Below are positions 10,478-21,495 of a DNA stretch of 64,000 bases, in pieces. The translations under genes were made by a program, and so were the position numbers. The stretch lies in contig JAHQWP010000218.1 of NCBI GenBank assembly GCA_029856235.1, positions 70 to 64,069 of the forward strand. Reading direction: 5' to 3'. The notes beneath the pieces were generated by a model, which saw only the letters and a list, made by a program, of their open reading frames with translations, had not been told where the DNA came from and did no database searches. Position 1 is the stretch's first letter. The number at the start of each line of letters is the position of its first letter. This stretch comes from Promethearchaeia archaeon. Its GTDB lineage: Archaea; Asgardarchaeota; Lokiarchaeia; Sigyniarchaeales; SOKP01.

Positions 10478-10497
10478 AAAAAAGTAAGAAATTGAAT

Positions 10498-10743
10498 TTA
10501 TTCTGTTCTTCTTGCCCTTAAAATAAAAAGAAGAATCCCGACCAGGATTAAAACGATTCCAACTGATAACCAAATATACAAAACAAAATAAGCTCCTGGA
10601 GCCATTCCAAAACCAGGATATTGTGCTTCAAAAGCTAGGGCAGATATGATAACAAAAAGACACCAAAGAGAAATTAAAGCACCAACTACAATAGAAATAA
10701 GAGCAAAGACTAAATATGTTGTTTTTGACACATTTTTCACCAA
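10498..10743 (-). CDS. small 3-TM membrane protein, paralogue of 30571..30813
   Basis: 81 aa. Collinear similarity to the 80-aa ORF at 30571..30813 (LVFAxI..xxGAxL...xPG..M.P......Y..L.VGIxLI.V.ILLFxLRAxR). Confidence 0.6.
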   Translation of the reverse strand: MVKNVSKTTYLVFALISIVVGALISLWCLFVIISALAFEAQYPGFGMAPGAYFVLYIWLSVGIVLILVGILLFILRARRTE

Positions 10744-10847
10744 TAATTTAGGATTTCGATTAGATATGGATAAATGATTTCTTTGGTATATAAATTTAAC
10801 ATTTTTATCGTAATTAAAAAATATAATAGAGAGTTTGATTGATTATA

Positions 10848-13800
10848 TTACTCAATCAAACCATCTACGAACTGTACAAGAAAGTTAATTCCTAACACCA
10901 AATAGACTACTCCTAATATGACCCTACCAAGTTTTGACCAACTTCCCTTAAATGCACTCAAAATTATACTGCCTGATATTAATTTATTACTTCCTTTGAT
11001 TAAACTTCCTACAGTTTCAATAGCTAACTCAACAATATCATCTATGTTCAAATAATCAGCGTAAGTAAGAAAATCTATGTCGTAATTGACATACTTACAT
11101 AGATTATTAAAATTTTTCACTTCTTTTTTTAGGTCATCGTCTGTATATGCGTTTTTATATCTAGAAAATCCGAATTCTTTTACTTGATTAGGTATAATGG
11201 CAGTTACGCCTGAGAGTAAAAAGCCTAAGCCAATTCCTAAATTGATAGCGTTTCCTTTTTCTTCTACTTCAGAACCGATATTATATACAAGTGAAATTAT
11301 CAGCCCTACAATTGCACCAATTCCTACAATTAACGAGATTCCTTTAGTAGCTTTCGCGGCTTCTATTGAAGGACCTAAAATAGAGAAAGTAATACCGCAT
11401 TTTTCCATCGTTTGACCCATTTTTTTAAATCCTTCAAGGTATTCAGTAAGAGTATCTACCCAGGTCTCCTCAGCAGTTTCAGTGAATTCAAAAGTTAATT
11501 CATCAGCTTTAAGAACAAAGTTGAAACCCCAGTCCTCACCACTATAAAACACTTTCAAAGTGGGCATATCCATATTAAAAAAGTCATCAAATTCCATAAA
11601 GACAACAAAACCTAAAGTGAATCCAGGATTTACTGTTAAACTATTTCCTGTAAAGCTTACGTCTATATCGCTAAAAAGGCTAATAATTCCGTAGACTAAA
11701 GCTAAGGATGTAATCACTTTGAACATCATTTCAATAATTATTGCAATCATGAAGTAGTGATTAATTAGGGTGAAAAATTTAAAGATGAGTATTATAAATG
11801 GCGCAAAAGGTCCTGCTGCCCAAACCAACGCTGCTTCAAAAAGTACCAGAGCTACGGAAGTAATTTTAGCTATAAATCGACCAAAAGGTTCAAAATCACC
11901 AACCATAATGCCTTGGATTGCTTCGACCCACAATTTACCTAATTCAACTTGAAAGTCATAAAAATCCGTAGGCGGAGGCCCGATTTCGTCGTTTAAAGTT
12001 GCTGGAGCGATGCTTGGTATGACTTGTAATATATCCGTATGAATGTTCATTAATTCAATGACAAAATTATCAAGTTTGGTGCTGGCAAACTGATTGATAT
12101 ATCCTATAATGTTGTTTGTTTTGTTTACTATCCCTTTTAGTGTATAATTTAAAAGCATTTCAGCTTCTAACCATGTGCATTCTAACATAAGAAGAGTGTT
12201 TAATTGATTACTTGAAGTTTGTGGAATATCGTCGCGGTTTTGAGCAATAAAGGTTCCATCTGCTAAAATAGAATTATTGAACTTAGTTTCATTTTGAATT
12301 ATTGAATTCAGTAGAGAGTCGACATAAAATTCATTCGGAATTAATATGGTATTCAATCCCTGTACGAAAGGACTTGATGTATCAGGTGTATCTGTTACTG
12401 TCACTGAAAAAACATGCATACTATCATATTCATTATAGTGTCCATTGAAAACAGTAGTATTATCAAATATTGCGATCGCATTTGAACGGGAGATGCCAAA
12501 AGTGCTTACTTCAAACCGTAACCAATCATCACTACTATAACGAGTAAAAACTGGATGCACTTTCCCGCTATCGTAAGTAGTTCCAGCGGGATGTTCCCTA
12601 AAACTATGTACGTATTTAACTTCCATCCTTAATGTATCCCAAACTCCTAATCCCTTATCCCAAAGTTGGAATTCTAATTCACAATTTGTTTCATCGTCTT
12701 CTATATCAAAATAATACGCATAATCAAACTCAGCTGTGCGCCAGTATTTAATGTAAGCAGTGTGCTCTCCTTCGTCAGGATCTTGGGTAGCTTCTTCTAC
12801 AGGAGTAATATAACTAATATTACTATTTCGGAAATAATAAGTTACTACTAATTGCATTTCTGGATGTTGTTCTGATGTTATATACCACAGTGGTAAATCA
12901 TCTACGTGACCTTTTTTCAATTTGACTTTTAATAAAACATTTCTTAACGGATCTAAATCACGCGAATCTCTTATACCATCTCCATCTGAATCCCAAGAAA
13001 CTGGATTGGTTGGTTCACTTCTATCGTAAATCTCATAACCATCCGACCATCCATCTCGATCGCTATCTCTCTCGTCTGGTTTTGTAATCCAAGCATCAGT
13101 ATCTTCTGCAGTAGCTTCGCGATGTCCGTATGTGACCAATGATAGATTGGAAAGGATGAATAAATCCAAATCTGATGTGTCGTAGATTTCTAAGATTATA
13201 TCATAGTATCCATCAAATCTATACGGATAATAGCTGGAGGGTCTAAAATGATAATCATTGGAATAACTGCCCAAAGCGGAAAAAGAATGGTTTTGGGAAA
13301 GTCTTATTATTTCAGGAAGTCTGCAATCAATTTCTTTCTGGACTACTTTTACATTGACCCAACCATCTCCATCTAAAATACCATTTGAATTTATTGAAAA
13401 GTAGACATCGGCATCATATATCTTACCAATATCACTAATTTCAATCCGGTAAATATCGTATGTACTGTTATCAGTATCAGCAGTAATATTAACAAGATCA
13501 TCGAACTTGCTTATCTCATAACCTTGAGCATAAAGTTTGCATTCTACACCATCCCATATACCATCGTTATCGAAGTCATTATCGTTTGGATCAAGATATC
13601 TCAGTACATTAATACTATATTTCTCTAGTGATAATTCCCCGTGCTTATCATCCAAATACATAACTTTGAAAACATAATATCCAAAATATGTCTGTCCTGA
13701 ATTTTCAATGATATCTTTTATATCAATAGTTCTACTGAAATATCTTTCAGTGCCATTTGTTAATATAATGTCATCGTAAAGTATAAGCTCTGAATCTAGC

Positions 13801-16800
13801 TTAAATATTTGAATCCTTATATCCGAGAGTAAGTCGCTTGAAGCATCTTCTCCATAAGTTAAAAGGAAGTTGACGCCTGCACTCGCAGCTGTCTCCACAT
13901 CTCTTTTTGCAAAATGCAATATTACTGGAGTAGATACATCTTTTCTTCCATCTATTTCATAATTAAAATTAACCATTTCTTCGTTATCCGCAAGGTAATC
14001 ATTGTCGGAATCTTTAAGTAGAGGATTAGTAATAAACGCCCATCCATGATATTCGTCACCATCTAGCAAACTATCACCGTCTGTATCACTATTATTGTAG
14101 AGAGTCCCTATCTTGAATTCTGTTCCATCCAATAAGTTGTCGTCATCGCAATCAGGATTGGTCGGATCTGAGCCGTATTTATTAATTTCCAGGTAATCAG
14201 TTATACCGTCGTTATCGGTATCTGCTCTACGCGGATTGGTTTTGTATAGGTATTCTTCATAATCATCTAACAAATCTTTATCAGTATCTTTCATAAGAGG
14301 GCTAGAGGTATAATTTATTAGTTGTTTGCCTTGACCAGTATAAATAGTATGAGTCCAACCAAAAAATTCAAACCCATCAAGTAATGAATCAGAATCGGTA
14401 TCGTTTATCAGAGGATTCGTTCCTACGGAAAATTCTCCTGAGAATGTCCCAATATTCCAACCATCGGATAGTCCATCTCCATCGGTATCATAATTAGTAT
14501 CAGATGTGTTCGTTGTTAACTCCTCGTAAAAGTTGGGAAGTCCATCATGGTCCACATCTGTAGAAGTTTTATTATTCAATAGTTCCCACTCATTTGTATA
14601 CCCATCACCATTACTGTCCAAAACAACATCTACATAGAATTCTTGTGAAGCGATTAGATCAGTGGTATCTCTCACCGATACATGACCTTTAATAGTCGAT
14701 GATTCATTACAAAATACAGAGATTTTAGAGGATAGTGTCCCAGATTCGACGAGAACCCTTCTATTTGCTATTAGCCACTCAAATTCTAAGGTTTCCGAAT
14801 CAATGAATGAATCCCACGCATAAGCATTAATCTCAATATACCCGGGACTTCCATAATATCTTCTATTCGGTACGGTGATGATTGGTTCGAGATTTATCAG
14901 ATCTAAGCTAATTTGCACCAAAACAGATTGTTCGTTTTCAATTGATAATTCGATAATGTAACTGCCTTCATCTAAAGCGAGGGATGGTTTTTTTCCATAA
15001 ATCGTATCTACATATTCATCAGAAACAGCTATAGGGTATAGATTATCACCAAGGTTATACACACCTGAACCATCGTAATATCCGAACGCATCGCAATAAA
15101 GGGACATCTCTGCTACTCCTCCCGATTTAATGTGTAAGCAATCGAGATAGGAAGTATTGTGATTAGGAGGTAAACCGAATTGCATCGTATAAGATTGAGA
15201 ACTTATTCCATCCACAATTATTCGCCATTCCTTGTCTTTTAACCCCAAATAGTTACCATTTGAGCATTCATAATCAATACGGATGTGATGCCATGTATTA
15301 GACGAAAATAGAGGTAAATTTGGAATTACAGAATTGTTTCCTAGGTAGTAATTTCTAAATATCCAAGTGCCATTATCGCTAATGAAAATGGGTATTATTT
15401 CTGTTCCAGAATTTGAAATTGAAATTTGGATGTTCTCTCTTTCAGGATCAATATAAGAAGATCTTATCCAAAATTCTATACTTCCATTAACAGATTCACT
15501 ATCACCATAAGTTAATAAAAAGTGTCCCTCTCCTTGATTGTTATTATCTTCTACTTTCAATACATTATAATGATCGGATAATTCTTCAACGATTCCATAA
15601 CTTATGTCAGTCTCGCTATAAAATTCGAAAGGTAAACCGGGTAGATCATCTTCCTCAAATTCATCAAAGTTATAAGTACTATTATAACTGTTTAGCCTTC
15701 TATAAATATCCCAAGTATAAGCCAAATTATAATCTACAATGCTATCAATAGCATCAACATTTAGAGTAATAGTTTGCCCTTCAACCCCACTGAAAGAAAA
15801 TGGGCCGATCACATTAGGAGGTTTTTCAACAACTTCGATAATGTAAGACGCACAATAAGAATCACCATTATTATCTTTAACATATAGTTTTACTGTATAG
15901 GTACCGGCTTCCATAAAAGCATGTGATGGAGATGTTTCAGCTGAGAATACTCCATCTCCGAAATCCCAATAATGTCTGAGGGAGTTTATATCAGAGTCAG
16001 AATCGTAGAAGTCTGCTTCAAAAACAATAGTCTCATCTTCACTTGTTACATTCTGAAATGTTCTAATCTTTGCATATGGTGGTCTATTAACTACTTCAAT
16101 GAAGCGAATCTTCTTCGCATAATTTATTCCGTCGCTAGCTATTACTTGAATAAGGTACATGCCCGCATTAGTATATGTAAAGTTCACTTCGAATTGGTCG
16201 TTTCCAATATCTATCATAGGAAGATAAACTAATCCGCTTCCATCATTTATTCCAAAGGATATATTTGCTTCTAAACTATCAGCATTAATATCGTATATTT
16301 CAGCAAAGTATGTTACAGTTTGATCTTCTATTAGACTATCAGGAGCGTGAATTATAATTTCAGGAGTAAGATTGTCAAATAGACACTTTGAAGTTATATT
16401 AAATCCAAAATTCTCATATTGAATGTTATTTGGAAGTTGTGTTTCATAATATTCAGCATTGATAAAATGATTCGTATCAATAAAATTAATGCTATTTATA
16501 CTTTCATCGTTCAGAATGTCGATAGCAATGTTGTAAATATCAATATGAGTCAAATCCGCTTTGAATGAGAAATCATAGCTTACAGGAAAGGTTCCATTTA
16601 TTAAATCTAAATACCAACCTTTAGGTATCGATCGTATGAATTTTAAGCTCGCATACTTTCTACTATTTCTTTCAGATATTTCTAACTGGCAAGTAACATC
16701 GTCAATTATGAACGATTTATTATAGATTGGAGTAGCGTAATCAACTTCAAAATTAATTTGAATCGAGTAATCAATAGTAAGCTCTATCTTATCGTCGCTA

Positions 16801-19800
16801 GGATCTGATACAGAGCCTCCAAAAGTTAAAGGTACCAGTGAAAAATTATTTGAGTCAACCCAAATGTCGTTAACATCAACCATCCAAATTGTATCCATTC
16901 CATCAAAATTATTAGAAAATGTTGCTCGATATCCATTTTCAAATAAGATAGTTAAATTAAATAGGTGTTGACCTCCTTCTCTTGCTGTTTGATTTACAAC
17001 CAGTTGCCAATTTTCTGAGGGATCTATTTTGATAATTGAAGAATCTAATTCTATTAAGCTAGCGTTATGATTAGATGGAAAATTGGCTAAATAAACGCTT
17101 TGATTGTATCTGTCTGATACTAAGGAAACACTAAAGTTCGCTCCTTCTGGACCACTATTATAAATTGAACCTGATATGTTTGAGACAATATAAGCAGAAT
17201 GAATATCGAGAGTTGGTAACACATTCTTAACTTTAAGATAGTATGAATCAATATCCCAAATATATAGTGGATCCATAACTAATCCAACAATAGGATAAAC
17301 ATCTGTTTCATCTCCATAAATATTGTTAAAGAAAGTATAGGAATAATACCAGCCTTGGTCTGCCCAATCTCCAATATTTAAGTGTAAATCCCCCCATTTA
17401 TAAATAAGTTGCTGATAGTCAGTGAATGTATCATACCCAAATGCTTCAAGAAGTATCGTCTCACCCTCAAAAAATTCTTGTTGGATATATGCGAATTTAT
17501 TATCACCAACACTATAATACGGATCCCAAGAAAAACCAAAATTATCGATGTATACTTGGACGGGTTGAACAGTTACAATATCAGTAAAAATTCCAAAGCA
17601 AGTAAGATTCGAAATATCAGGATGATCAAAATGATTCATTTCTAAAATCTGAGACGGATTATCATCAGCATAAATAATAAATGTATCGTTTTCAAGTCCG
17701 TTATAAAGACTGTTGTCGCAGCAAAAATCGATCCGGATATGCGTCCATGAATTATCTTGTAGTGCCCAAAGATTTTCAAAAATTATTTCACTAGCACCAT
17801 GTCTCCAAGAACCATTCACAAATTCTATAAATATTCCATCTTGAGAATTATCTTCGAAACTTGAGATAAATATCTCTGAGATCGAAGTATCTGTGGTATA
17901 AAGCCAAAATTCCATTGTCCCACTAAGTTGATTTAAGTTACCGGGATCTGATTGGTTATAGGGTAAATCACTTATATTACAAGTCCATATTCCTCCAATT
18001 CCAGTACCATTCCCTATTAAGACAACATTATTGAATTCATCGATAGCCTCAACTACTTTAGTTATATTTAATGTCAATTCTTCTAAAGAACTTCGGTACC
18101 ATCCATCTGGAAATTCTCCAACCTCATTATCAGCAAAATCGTATGTAGTTGCACCATATTTTAAATACTCTATATTTATATTCGGATAATGGTTATCAAT
18201 CCAAATATATTGTTCATAAATGTCAAATATGCCATTATCATCAATCGTAATTAATCTTACCTTATATTTTCCAGATCTTCCGTATGAGTGTAAAACAGTC
18301 TGACCGAATCCAGTTTGATTATCACCAAACATCCAAAGATATCGTAAATTATCTTTGTCAGTAGAAGTGTCAGAGCAATCACCTGAAAATATAATCTCTG
18401 TATCGGCATACACACTAATTCTAGGATAGCGATTATCTCCTACATCATAGGATGGATCCCAAGATGCTCCAATTGCATCTAAATATATAGAATAATCTTC
18501 TCCTTGCTCTTTTGTGCTCCAAATATTCCAGCTAAAATCTGAAACTGGATAGTCAAAACTAAATGGTCCATGTTGAGATTGAACACCATCAATTCTGAGA
18601 TTAAATTCATTTTTGGCTAAACCATAATAATTTCCATTATCTCTACACTCGAAATCAACTCGAATATGATGCCATGTATTATTAAGCATAGAAGGAAGAT
18701 CTGATATTGGGAGATATTCTTCTCCATTTTTATACCACCAATCTCCTTCAGAGCCTAACCATATTCCGCTCTGAAGTGTTTTATGTCCAAGAGACATAAC
18801 TAGCCCTTGAGATGTGTCAGTCGTTCTACACCAAAATTCCAGAGTACCATAATTCGCTTTTGCCATATCTAAAAGCGACGCGAATACAAGATCTTCGTTG
18901 TCGTTGTCATACAACTCAAGGATTTTATGATGCCCATCTATTTCGGAAAGTATATTGGCTGAACAATTATCTGAGATTTTCTCAAAATCATAAGAAGCAA
19001 ACATCCAAGGTCCTAGAATTGTAGATTGGATGGTTTCATCATAGGGGATAGGTCCATTAGGATAAAACCTAAAATCCCAGGTTCCATAATATGTTTCTAA
19101 TCGGGTAGGGTTATTATCACCAAGTAGATAGGATGGATCTGTTGTAAAACCAATTGAATCTATAAACATGTGAGATCCTGCTTTAAGATCAATGCCTAAT
19201 CTATTAAATTGTTTACCTACAGCATCATAAACATTTGAAGGTTGACCATTAATGTAAACTCTCCATTCATTACCAGTTAATCCATCATAATCGATGTTAT
19301 CCGAAAAACAATAATCAAATCTAAAGTGTGTCCATTCATCTACTTGTGGCTGACCTAATTCGAGGATTTCAGCATATGCATATCGATCCTCGTTATTTAC
19401 TCCTTTAAAGGTATAGTACCGCATCCATTTTCCATTTAGAAAGCCAATCCTAGTAGAATTTTTTAAAGCGCGGGGATTATCGTATATCTCCTCTAATTTA
19501 TCTATCCAGAAAAAGAACTGATCGTTTTCAATACTCGTAAAATAGATCCAAAATTCTACTGATCCATTGTATTTAACGTCTGATTCAGGAAATCTTATCA
19601 TTCCGTATCCGCCGGCCTCATTATCGATTTCCAATACTTTTGAAAATTCGTCTTTAAAATCAATTACTTCGATATTTCCATGGGTATAGAGTTCAGTTGG
19701 AGATTGACCCGATATGTCAAATTTAAAATCATAACTTACATCATAATTCAGACCATGCGTAATCGAAGAGGTTGGCTTTTTATTTTCTATTGTAAATGTT

Positions 19801-21476
19801 CTTAACCTTGTTTTCATAGCCCCTTGATCGTCCATTAAAGTTAGGCGGACAGGGTATTCTCCTGCATTAATAAATTTATAGGTCGGGGATTCTTCCCGAG
19901 AATAATTTCCATCGCCAAAATCCCAAAGATAGGAATAATTAATGTTAACATCCGTTTCTAAATTATAGCTAAATCCGGTTTTATCGATATCAGATTCTTC
20001 TAAATTAATCACACTAAATCTTATTTCAAGATCTTCATATAAGTGATCTGGATATATAATTTTTAAATTATCTCCAACACGATAGAGAGGATCCCATGAG
20101 TACCCTACAGCATCTATATACATAGTCCCATTAGATTCGATATTCAGCGAATTTATCCCTAACCAAGAGGGATTCATTCCAAATTCTTTGCTTGATTCTC
20201 CATTAACATAAATCTTGAAATAACCGTAACCCAATCCCATGTAATTGTCAACGAAAGGGCCAGCCCAATCAATTCTTACATGGTACCACGTGTTATTTTG
20301 TGGTAGAGGAGCATATCCATGAGCGGGATCTGTAATATCATTACTTGACACATACCACCTATTATCTTTTTGAACTAAACCAAATTCATCTGAAATTGAA
20401 AATATTTCCCCTCCTAGATTCGTGTTTTCAGTCTTATACCAGAATTCAATTGTTCCATATTCTTGCATTGGAAAACTTTGCTCAATTCCGCAAAATTGTT
20501 GGGATCCACCAAAATCTAATTTAACTATTTTTCCATGATCATGCTCGTCTTTTACGATTTCTACTCCTTTTTCGACTCTTTCAAGCTTTAACCAATCAAT
20601 TGCTATATTCTCGGTATCGTTAGCATTACCTTCAATGTAAAAACTTGTATAAAGTTCTAGAATTTGAGGGTAATTCAATGTTAACACTTGCCCGTTAGCA
20701 TAATTTCCATCAAATAAAATCTCATTCTCTTCTAACTCAGGATTGAACATCAATAAGGACATAGAGTCATTTGCTGAAAAATAGAATTTATATGTTCCTG
20801 GAGTTAAATAATGGTTTTCCCATTGTTCAAAGTTGAGAATTATATCTATGTATCGATATGCATAACCCGTGTGTATAGAGGTGATGTTCCAGTAGTTAAA
20901 ATCTTCAAGTAAAAGGTTTGAAAAATTTCCTCCAGCTAAATATCCAGCAGTTATAATTGTGTCTTCTCCTAAATAGAAATCAATATCGTTACTATATTCA
21001 TTCCAATCTTCAAGTGGTATGCCAACCTCAATATCTTCAAAATCATATGTTCCATTATGATATTCTACAGAAGTATATCCGATGTCAAAATCTGGAGCAT
21101 CGTTCAATACTTCAATTATTAACCATTCTGAATCTGGTACTCCAGGTCCAAAAGCCCATAGCGTTACATTATAAATTCCTTCAGCATCATATGTATGCGA
21201 AAAAGTGGAACCTGTGATATAGTCGATGTAGGTGCCATCTCCTAAAAAGACGCTTGTATTTTCGTAGTTATCTACATCATAAATGAAATTAATTTCTTCA
21301 TAAACATCAGTACGGTATCGCTTATAACCTACAACTTCTGCATCGCATCTGAAATCTACAATTTCTACTAAACCAAAAGATAGATATAGAATTTGAACAA
21401 AGCTAGCCGAAATAATCGTAATACCTATCAATATTGCCTTTATTATCGTACCTGAATTTTTTTTCTTTTCCATCAT
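10848..21476 (-). CDS. giant (3542 aa) membrane-anchored surface protein: LamG_3-like x5, PKD-like domains, thrombospondin type-3-like Ca-binding repeats, multi-TM C-terminus
   Basis: Uninterrupted 10.6-kb ORF with an N-terminal signal/anchor (IIKAILIGITIISASF). Five LamG-like modules carry W(H/T/Y)H(I/V/F)R(I/V/F)D(F/W/Y) cores at nt 20265-20288, 19311-19334, 18651-18674, 17724-17747 and 15270-15293. PKD-like WDFGDG motifs. 12 DxDxDGxxDxxE repeats. Hydrophobic helices in the last ~400 aa. Confidence 0.9.
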   Translation of the reverse strand: MMEKKKNSGTIIKAILIGITIISASFVQILYLSFGLVEIVDFRCDAEVVGYKRYRTDVYEEINFIYDVDNYENTSVFLGDGTYIDYITGSTFSHTYDAEGIYNVTLWAFGPGVPDSEWLIIEVLNDAPDFDIGYTSVEYHNGTYDFEDIEVGIPLEDWNEYSNDIDFYLGEDTIITAGYLAGGNFSNLLLEDFNYWNITSIHTGYAYRYIDIILNFEQWENHYLTPGTYKFYFSANDSMSLLMFNPELEENEILFDGNYANGQVLTLNYPQILELYTSFYIEGNANDTENIAIDWLKLERVEKGVEIVKDEHDHGKIVKLDFGGSQQFCGIEQSFPMQEYGTIEFWYKTENTNLGGEIFSISDEFGLVQKDNRWYVSSNDITDPAHGYAPLPQNNTWYHVRIDWAGPFVDNYMGLGYGYFKIYVNGESSKEFGMNPSWLGINSLNIESNGTMYIDAVGYSWDPLYRVGDNLKIIYPDHLYEDLEIRFSVINLEESDIDKTGFSYNLETDVNINYSYLWDFGDGNYSREESPTYKFINAGEYPVRLTLMDDQGAMKTRLRTFTIENKKPTSSITHGLNYDVSYDFKFDISGQSPTELYTHGNIEVIDFKDEFSKVLEIDNEAGGYGMIRFPESDVKYNGSVEFWIYFTSIENDQFFFWIDKLEEIYDNPRALKNSTRIGFLNGKWMRYYTFKGVNNEDRYAYAEILELGQPQVDEWTHFRFDYCFSDNIDYDGLTGNEWRVYINGQPSNVYDAVGKQFNRLGIDLKAGSHMFIDSIGFTTDPSYLLGDNNPTRLETYYGTWDFRFYPNGPIPYDETIQSTILGPWMFASYDFEKISDNCSANILSEIDGHHKILELYDNDNEDLVFASLLDMAKANYGTLEFWCRTTDTSQGLVMSLGHKTLQSGIWLGSEGDWWYKNGEEYLPISDLPSMLNNTWHHIRVDFECRDNGNYYGLAKNEFNLRIDGVQSQHGPFSFDYPVSDFSWNIWSTKEQGEDYSIYLDAIGASWDPSYDVGDNRYPRISVYADTEIIFSGDCSDTSTDKDNLRYLWMFGDNQTGFGQTVLHSYGRSGKYKVRLITIDDNGIFDIYEQYIWIDNHYPNINIEYLKYGATTYDFADNEVGEFPDGWYRSSLEELTLNITKVVEAIDEFNNVVLIGNGTGIGGIWTCNISDLPYNQSDPGNLNQLSGTMEFWLYTTDTSISEIFISSFEDNSQDGIFIEFVNGSWRHGASEIIFENLWALQDNSWTHIRIDFCCDNSLYNGLENDTFIIYADDNPSQILEMNHFDHPDISNLTCFGIFTDIVTVQPVQVYIDNFGFSWDPYYSVGDNKFAYIQQEFFEGETILLEAFGYDTFTDYQQLIYKWGDLHLNIGDWADQGWYYSYTFFNNIYGDETDVYPIVGLVMDPLYIWDIDSYYLKVKNVLPTLDIHSAYIVSNISGSIYNSGPEGANFSVSLVSDRYNQSVYLANFPSNHNASLIELDSSIIKIDPSENWQLVVNQTAREGGQHLFNLTILFENGYRATFSNNFDGMDTIWMVDVNDIWVDSNNFSLVPLTFGGSVSDPSDDKIELTIDYSIQINFEVDYATPIYNKSFIIDDVTCQLEISERNSRKYASLKFIRSIPKGWYLDLINGTFPVSYDFSFKADLTHIDIYNIAIDILNDESINSINFIDTNHFINAEYYETQLPNNIQYENFGFNITSKCLFDNLTPEIIIHAPDSLIEDQTVTYFAEIYDINADSLEANISFGINDGSGLVYLPMIDIGNDQFEVNFTYTNAGMYLIQVIASDGINYAKKIRFIEVVNRPPYAKIRTFQNVTSEDETIVFEADFYDSDSDINSLRHYWDFGDGVFSAETSPSHAFMEAGTYTVKLYVKDNNGDSYCASYIIEVVEKPPNVIGPFSFSGVEGQTITLNVDAIDSIVDYNLAYTWDIYRRLNSYNSTYNFDEFEEDDLPGLPFEFYSETDISYGIVEELSDHYNVLKVEDNNNQGEGHFLLTYGDSESVNGSIEFWIRSSYIDPERENIQISISNSGTEIIPIFISDNGTWIFRNYYLGNNSVIPNLPLFSSNTWHHIRIDYECSNGNYLGLKDKEWRIIVDGISSQSYTMQFGLPPNHNTSYLDCLHIKSGGVAEMSLYCDAFGYYDGSGVYNLGDNLYPIAVSDEYVDTIYGKKPSLALDEGSYIIELSIENEQSVLVQISLDLINLEPIITVPNRRYYGSPGYIEINAYAWDSFIDSETLEFEWLIANRRVLVESGTLSSKISVFCNESSTIKGHVSVRDTTDLIASQEFYVDVVLDSNGDGYTNEWELLNNKTSTDVDHDGLPNFYEELTTNTSDTNYDTDGDGLSDGWNIGTFSGEFSVGTNPLINDTDSDSLLDGFEFFGWTHTIYTGQGKQLINYTSSPLMKDTDKDLLDDYEEYLYKTNPRRADTDNDGITDYLEINKYGSDPTNPDCDDDNLLDGTEFKIGTLYNNSDTDGDSLLDGDEYHGWAFITNPLLKDSDNDYLADNEEMVNFNYEIDGRKDVSTPVILHFAKRDVETAASAGVNFLLTYGEDASSDLLSDIRIQIFKLDSELILYDDIILTNGTERYFSRTIDIKDIIENSGQTYFGYYVFKVMYLDDKHGELSLEKYSINVLRYLDPNDNDFDNDGIWDGVECKLYAQGYEISKFDDLVNITADTDNSTYDIYRIEISDIGKIYDADVYFSINSNGILDGDGWVNVKVVQKEIDCRLPEIIRLSQNHSFSALGSYSNDYHFRPSSYYPYRFDGYYDIILEIYDTSDLDLFILSNLSLVTYGHREATAEDTDAWITKPDERDSDRDGWSDGYEIYDRSEPTNPVSWDSDGDGIRDSRDLDPLRNVLLKVKLKKGHVDDLPLWYITSEQHPEMQLVVTYYFRNSNISYITPVEEATQDPDEGEHTAYIKYWRTAEFDYAYYFDIEDDETNCELEFQLWDKGLGVWDTLRMEVKYVHSFREHPAGTTYDSGKVHPVFTRYSSDDWLRFEVSTFGISRSNAIAIFDNTTVFNGHYNEYDSMHVFSVTVTDTPDTSSPFVQGLNTILIPNEFYVDSLLNSIIQNETKFNNSILADGTFIAQNRDDIPQTSSNQLNTLLMLECTWLEAEMLLNYTLKGIVNKTNNIIGYINQFASTKLDNFVIELMNIHTDILQVIPSIAPATLNDEIGPPPTDFYDFQVELGKLWVEAIQGIMVGDFEPFGRFIAKITSVALVLFEAALVWAAGPFAPFIILIFKFFTLINHYFMIAIIIEMMFKVITSLALVYGIISLFSDIDVSFTGNSLTVNPGFTLGFVVFMEFDDFFNMDMPTLKVFYSGEDWGFNFVLKADELTFEFTETAEETWVDTLTEYLEGFKKMGQTMEKCGITFSILGPSIEAAKATKGISLIVGIGAIVGLIISLVYNIGSEVEEKGNAINLGIGLGFLLSGVTAIIPNQVKEFGFSRYKNAYTDDDLKKEVKNFNNLCKYVNYDIDFLTYADYLNIDDIVELAIETVGSLIKGSNKLISGSIILSAFKGSWSKLGRVILGVVYLVLGINFLVQFVDGLIE
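12960..14620 (-). repeat. coding repeat region: thrombospondin type-3-like calcium-binding repeats inside the giant ORF
   Basis: DSNGDGYTNEWE, DVDHDGLPNFYE, DTDGDGLSDGWN, DTDSDSLLDGFE, DTDKDLLDDYEE, DTDNDGITDYLE, DCDDDNLLDGTE, DTDGDSLLDGDE, DSDNDYLADNEE, DFDNDGIWDGVE, DSDRDGWSDGYE, DSDGDGIRDSRD. Confidence 0.75.
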
Positions 21477-21495
21477 ATACTAACTCCTTTCAATT

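Noticed and set aside
11197-21217. Six + strand ORFs of 60-86 aa inside the giant minus-strand gene (11197..11415, 11770..11952, 15972..16232, 17409..17645, 18812..19024, 20957..21217)
   Set aside because: They lie wholly antisense to a 10.6-kb uninterrupted ORF that has clear domain content. Their products are low-complexity with no motifs, so they are chance ORFs.
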